The translations under genes were made by a program, and so were the position numbers. A DNA stretch of 64,000 nucleotides from NCBI GenBank assembly GCA_040830765.1, contig JBFOMH010000003.1, positions 64,001-128,000 of the forward strand, in the 5' to 3' direction. The notes below the pieces were generated by a model. The model searched no databases and was not told where the DNA came from. It saw only the letters and a list, made by a program, of their open reading frames with translations. Of the stretch, positions 59,776-64,000 are shown in pieces (the stretch's first letter is position 1; every line of letters starts with the position of its first letter). The DNA comes from Puniceicoccaceae bacterium. Lineage in GTDB: Bacteria; Verrucomicrobiota; Verrucomicrobiia; Opitutales; Oceanipulchritudinaceae.

Positions 59776-61329
59776 TCATCTGGCTGTATCCATCCGATCC
59801 AACTCCGGATGTCCGTGGTTCCTGACAAGCTCTAAGGCTTTTTTAAGCTCGACTACTTTTTCTGGATATTCTTTGGCTAGATTGAAGCGTTGCCCTATAT
59901 CTTCTCTGAGATTGTAGAGTTCGACCGGTTGATCGTCGTCCGCTAGGAAGCCGTAGCGCTCCTCCCACCCATGAGTCGGCTTACGAGCATATCCGGTAGC
60001 GGCGTCGATGAGCACCCAGTCACCCTCTCGGTAACCAAAGCCCATTCGCTCCCACGTGCTGTGAACAACTGCCCGACGGGGGGAATCTCCAAGCTCCTTC
60101 AAAAGAGGTGTCAAATCGTGAGAATCCTCTGCTTGACCTTTGGGCAAACCATAATCGAGGTATGAAGCCAAGGTGGCTATTAAGTCGATTTGCGAAACGA
60201 TTCCACGACCGACGGCTCCCTCACGGACCATCCCTGGCCAACGTATGATGAAGGGTACACGGTGCCCTCCCTCGTAAAGATCTTGCTTGAGCCCTCTCAA
60301 AGGTTGTGAAGACCAATGGTCGAAATTCTTGTCGCGGGCGTAAGCGTAAGCCTCCGCACCATTATCTGCTGAAAAGAAAATGATCGTATTCTCGTATTGC
60401 CCAGATTCTTTGAGCGCTTTGATCAATTGACCGCACGAGTCATCGGTCTCCACAACAAAGTCACCATAAGGCCCCGCATCACTACTACCGTCGAAGCGAT
60501 CATTTGGGATGATCGGGGCGTGAGGTGAAGGGAAAGCGAAATAGAGAAAGAATGGTTTATCGTGTTTGGCCTGCTGATGAATGTATTCAACCCCCCTTCG
60601 CGTCGTCTCCGGGATGTTTTCGTAAGGATCCCATCCTTCAACCATGGGACCCTGGCGGCACTCCCAGCGACCTTCTTTGATAGGCTTAAAAGCGCTCGTA
60701 TCAAGCATGCGATCCGGGATCTGCAAAACCCGGTCGTTTTGGATCCATGCGTAGGGAGGAAAATTGATCACGGTGTCGCCAAAATAGGTATCGAACCCAT
60801 GAGCTAGGGGACCGTCGGGTATGGGCTTAGACCAGTCGAAAGCATCTGGAGCGTACGTCTTCCTCCCTCGCCCATCAGCACTTATTATCAGTTCCGCGCC
60901 CGGTTTGAGGTACTCCTTCCATCCCCAACCCAAATGCCATTTACCAATCGCAGCCGTCGAATAACCCGACTCTTGGAGCATCTCGGGTAAGGTCAGGCGT
61001 TCGGCATCAAACACCGATTCCTCAAACGTTTTTACTATCCCATAAAACTTTCTCCAATGATACCGACCAGTAAGGAGAGCGTAGCGGCTTGGCGTGCAAA
61101 CACCCGAAGAGGAATGCCCGTCCGTAAATCGCATACCCTCAGCAGCCAGGCGATCGAGGTTTGGTGTCGGAATTTTGGATTCCGGATTATAGCACCTCAA
61201 GTCTCCATATCCAAGATCGTCCGCGTAGAGAAAAAGTATATTCAACTTTTCTTGATCGGGTCTCTCGGCATTGATCGACGCGATCGGAAGAAGGGCAAAA
61301 AACATTAAATAAAGAGATCGTAGTTTCAT
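59776..61329 (-). CDS. Secreted Cys-type (S1) sulfatase
   Basis: Signal peptide; ADDLG, CTPSR and GKWHLG motifs; paralog of 52568-54112. Confidence 0.95.
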   Translation of the reverse strand: MKLRSLYLMFFALLPIASINAERPDQEKLNILFLYADDLGYGDLRCYNPESKIPTPNLDRLAAEGMRFTDGHSSSGVCTPSRYALLTGRYHWRKFYGIVKTFEESVFDAERLTLPEMLQESGYSTAAIGKWHLGWGWKEYLKPGAELIISADGRGRKTYAPDAFDWSKPIPDGPLAHGFDTYFGDTVINFPPYAWIQNDRVLQIPDRMLDTSAFKPIKEGRWECRQGPMVEGWDPYENIPETTRRGVEYIHQQAKHDKPFFLYFAFPSPHAPIIPNDRFDGSSDAGPYGDFVVETDDSCGQLIKALKESGQYENTIIFFSADNGAEAYAYARDKNFDHWSSQPLRGLKQDLYEGGHRVPFIIRWPGMVREGAVGRGIVSQIDLIATLASYLDYGLPKGQAEDSHDLTPLLKELGDSPRRAVVHSTWERMGFGYREGDWVLIDAATGYARKPTHGWEERYGFLADDDQPVELYNLREDIGQRFNLAKEYPEKVVELKKALELVRNHGHPELDRMDTAR

Positions 61330-61391
61330 AGTGCGGTTAATGGTTATTGTAGGGCCTAGCAGTATACGACGGACATAAAAACGGGAGAGCA

Positions 61392-62930
61392 TTATTCAAA
61401 ACTAAGTATTAGAGAGTCCAATACAGGTCTAACTTGTTCACCAACCGTTCCACTCACGCGAACCTCGGAACAAAATCCGTAGCCGGGTGAAATCCCAGTC
61501 GTATCCATATTTGCCGGAAACCGCTCCACCTGCTTGGCATAGCCTTCGATCGCTACATACCGCTCCTCCACTTCCTGCCAATCACTCCAGCTATCTAGCT
61601 GACCATCGCCATCCGTATCCACTCCGACCCGTACCTCCACCCCAGGAACCCAAGGGCCTGGGCTTACATAGTCAGTATCCATCTGGGTAATCAGATAAAA
61701 CTGTCCCTCTGCAAAAATAACATCCGGGTCCGGATGCCCCTCGCCAATGTGATCGCAGAACTCAAAGGGTTGATAAAGACTCGACGATGTGAACCAGGCT
61801 ACACTCATTTCATGTCCGCTCTTTCCAGCCGGATGAAAGTCGCCAAAAAGATAATACTGACCACCGATACCGATCGCAGCCCAGTCGCCGTAGGCATTCT
61901 GCTCGGGCTCATGCATCTCGTAACGGGCCGCTGCAAATTTTCGATCAGCCGGCGCCCACTTCCAACCCGGGTTGATCATTTTCGCTGGATATTTTTCCGG
62001 CAATGTCTGATGCCAATGTGGATGAGGATACTCGGCGAACGTCCCAGTTGGCGTAGTTCGCTCATCCACGGCGGGAGGAAGAATTTCGAATTCACCATAA
62101 CCCTGCGGACTCACGGCATGACCTGCCAGCGGAGAATCCCATGAGTGCTTGCCCGCATTGATTGGAATCCAGTCCTCATAGATCAGATGGAATCTTCCAT
62201 CCAATCCCCGGATAATGGCACAGTCAGATCCATCCGATGGATCCTTGAAAGCGAGTCCCATGTCCTTTCCCGGAACTCCGTCTGTTAAGTCATCGTCAAT
62301 ATACAGGTGTGGGTCCTGATCGTTTGGAAAATCGTAATAAATATATGCTTTACCATCGAAATACTCAGCCGTCGTGACCCAGCGCGAGAAGTTCTCTGTA
62401 ACGGGTCCGTAGTGAACCCAGCGAACCATATCAACACTCTTCCATGCATGATAGCCCCCAAGACTTTTCTCTAATCCTCCGGGCGCATCATACTGATTCT
62501 CAAATGGTGTTGTCTTCAGGGGAGTATCAAATCCATCAAGCTCGACCTCCGCTGAAGCGAATTCATTCCTTGCTTTCTCGTTACCATATCGACCGAAGAT
62601 CCAGTAATTACCTTCCCCTAAATTAAGAAATACTGGAGCATCTTCCAGATTGGAGGGGCCTATATTTGATATCGGATTCCAATCGAGCCAATCCGGTTTC
62701 TGCTTCAGCACAAAACTCTCAAGGGATACTTTACGATCAAATCGACGAACAACACTGGTGTATGACGCCCTGTCTGCATCAGGGGTAGCATATCCTTCAC
62801 CAAAATGAAGTCCTTCACTTTGTTCCATGGCCGACTTCCACTGTTCTTCAGAATCTATTTTCCAAACGATATCGGCGTTCACCGTAGCAGTGGATAGAAA
62901 TAACAATAGTATTTTCCCGTTCATTTTCAT
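61392..62930 (-). CDS. Secreted hypothetical protein, possibly a beta-propeller glycoside hydrolase
   Basis: Signal peptide; Asp/aromatic-rich with repeated DAP/DP/SD motifs and WxSxDMxxW; family not recognised. Confidence 0.55.
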   Translation of the reverse strand: MKMNGKILLLFLSTATVNADIVWKIDSEEQWKSAMEQSEGLHFGEGYATPDADRASYTSVVRRFDRKVSLESFVLKQKPDWLDWNPISNIGPSNLEDAPVFLNLGEGNYWIFGRYGNEKARNEFASAEVELDGFDTPLKTTPFENQYDAPGGLEKSLGGYHAWKSVDMVRWVHYGPVTENFSRWVTTAEYFDGKAYIYYDFPNDQDPHLYIDDDLTDGVPGKDMGLAFKDPSDGSDCAIIRGLDGRFHLIYEDWIPINAGKHSWDSPLAGHAVSPQGYGEFEILPPAVDERTTPTGTFAEYPHPHWHQTLPEKYPAKMINPGWKWAPADRKFAAARYEMHEPEQNAYGDWAAIGIGGQYYLFGDFHPAGKSGHEMSVAWFTSSSLYQPFEFCDHIGEGHPDPDVIFAEGQFYLITQMDTDYVSPGPWVPGVEVRVGVDTDGDGQLDSWSDWQEVEERYVAIEGYAKQVERFPANMDTTGISPGYGFCSEVRVSGTVGEQVRPVLDSLILSFE

Positions 62931-63013
62931 CTTTAAATCGCAATTTCATACCAAATTAGGCCGCGCAGACTAAGGGCACTCGGTTTGGACTATTCACATC
63001 TTATCATTCTGAT

Positions 63014-64000
63014 TTATTCCGGACGGTATAGATAAAGGTCGGCGATGACGGGCCTTCGGTTCTCACAGGAAACATGCAGCCTAACGTGATCCGTTTTAAC
63101 CGGCTCGACAACGGCTTCGTAGCCGTGTCCATGCGTTGATTTCTCCATAATGGTTTTCCAGCCGTTAGTCGTTTTCACTTCCATACGGATATCCTGGTGG
63201 TATCGCGGCCAGAGGTCCGGCTCATCCAGTGAATAGGCGTGGATCACAGTGGATTCTTCCAAATGATAGTCTAATTTGATTGGGCCATTCACTACTCCCG
63301 CTTCCCAGTGAGTTTTACTATTCCGATCCGCGGCCAGCACCGCCGGCTGTTTTTCCAGAGAGCTGTTTGCTTCCACAGATGCAACCGGCACCAGAATCGG
63401 CGCCGTAACTGGCTCGCCGACCAGCTGGAGTTCAATAACAGAGGAATGCTGGTTCGGGGCTGTTTTGGGGACTTCGATAATCAGGCGATCTACCGTAGAG
63501 CGGGTTTTGAGCGGATGAGCGGAATTGCCGAGCAGCGAAGCCTGCCGAATCGGACTGGTGAGCGGTACACGCAGCTCGCCGTTTTGCGGCCAGTCATTAA
63601 CAAAGAGGTAAATGCGATCGTTTTTGCGAGTGGCAGCACCCCATGAAAGATAATCGAACGGGCTTTTGGTCGTGGCATATACAGCATCACCGTAAAGATC
63701 AAGCCAGGCACCGACCGCTTTCAGTCGATCGACACTGGGAGCTGGAATAATGCCGTCGGCCGTCGGGCCGACGTTAAGCAAGAGGTTGCCGCCTTTGGAG
63801 GTGATTTCAATCAGCTTATGAATGAGCGTCGTTGTGGATTTCCATTGGTCATCTGCTGCGCAGTATCCCCAGTGGTTGTTCATGGTCATGCAGGTTTCCC
63901 AATCGCCGGGGAATCCCGATGCAGGCACAAACTGTTCGGCTGTATAGATATCCCCGCCCAATTTCACGCCGCCGATTCGATTATTTGTAATTATGTCAGG
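63014..64000 (-). CDS. GH29 alpha-L-fucosidase, C-terminal part with an F5/8-type (CBM32-like) domain; 5' end outside window
   Basis: NNR, EQ, WETCMTMN..WGY, GGNLLLNVGP and WL..YGDAVY motifs; frame open to the window edge. Confidence 0.88.
   Translation of the reverse strand, partial: PDIITNNRIGGVKLGGDIYTAEQFVPASGFPGDWETCMTMNNHWGYCAADDQWKSTTTLIHKLIEITSKGGNLLLNVGPTADGIIPAPSVDRLKAVGAWLDLYGDAVYATTKSPFDYLSWGAATRKNDRIYLFVNDWPQNGELRVPLTSPIRQASLLGNSAHPLKTRSTVDRLIIEVPKTAPNQHSSVIELQLVGEPVTAPILVPVASVEANSSLEKQPAVLAADRNSKTHWEAGVVNGPIKLDYHLEESTVIHAYSLDEPDLWPRYHQDIRMEVKTTNGWKTIMEKSTHGHGYEAVVEPVKTDHVRLHVSCENRRPVIADLYLYRPE

Overview
Bacterial chromosomal window, most plausibly from a marine Verrucomicrobiota (Opitutales-like) genome; this is inferred from gene content and the mraZ..murD-LysM-ftsW..ftsZ layout. 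Positions 1-40 kb are GC-rich core genome: DinG, PP2C, SNF2, a YigM-like transporter, a TonB-dependent receptor, the minus-strand dcw cell-division cluster, tlyA-nadK, an AI-2E/TolC/HlyD/DUF2955/K-channel operon, a heparinase II/III protein, ychF and hpt. The dcw cluster lacks murC and murB, has motif-degenerate MurD and MurE and an FtsZ missing the second T7-loop Asp, and carries an extra 71-aa ORF. Positions 40-43 kb are a tRNA-Lys(TTT) hotspot with YefM-YoeB and BrnT-BrnA-like pairs. It also holds a 1.4-kb islet (wHTH plus nucleotidyltransferase, with a perfect 24-bp operator palindrome) closed by a copy of the tRNA 3' half that is interrupted by two small hairpin inserts. Positions 43-64 kb look lower in GC by eye and form a sulfated-fucan-type locus: six intact Cys-type sulfatases, two GH29 fucosidases, a beta-helix protein, an unknown propeller-like protein and a yidLJK-like cassette. 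The cassette is flanked by a three-part segmental duplication that left reciprocal fragments and a chimeric ORF. No CRISPR array, integrase or transposase was seen. All calls come from reading motifs by eye; no database searches were run.
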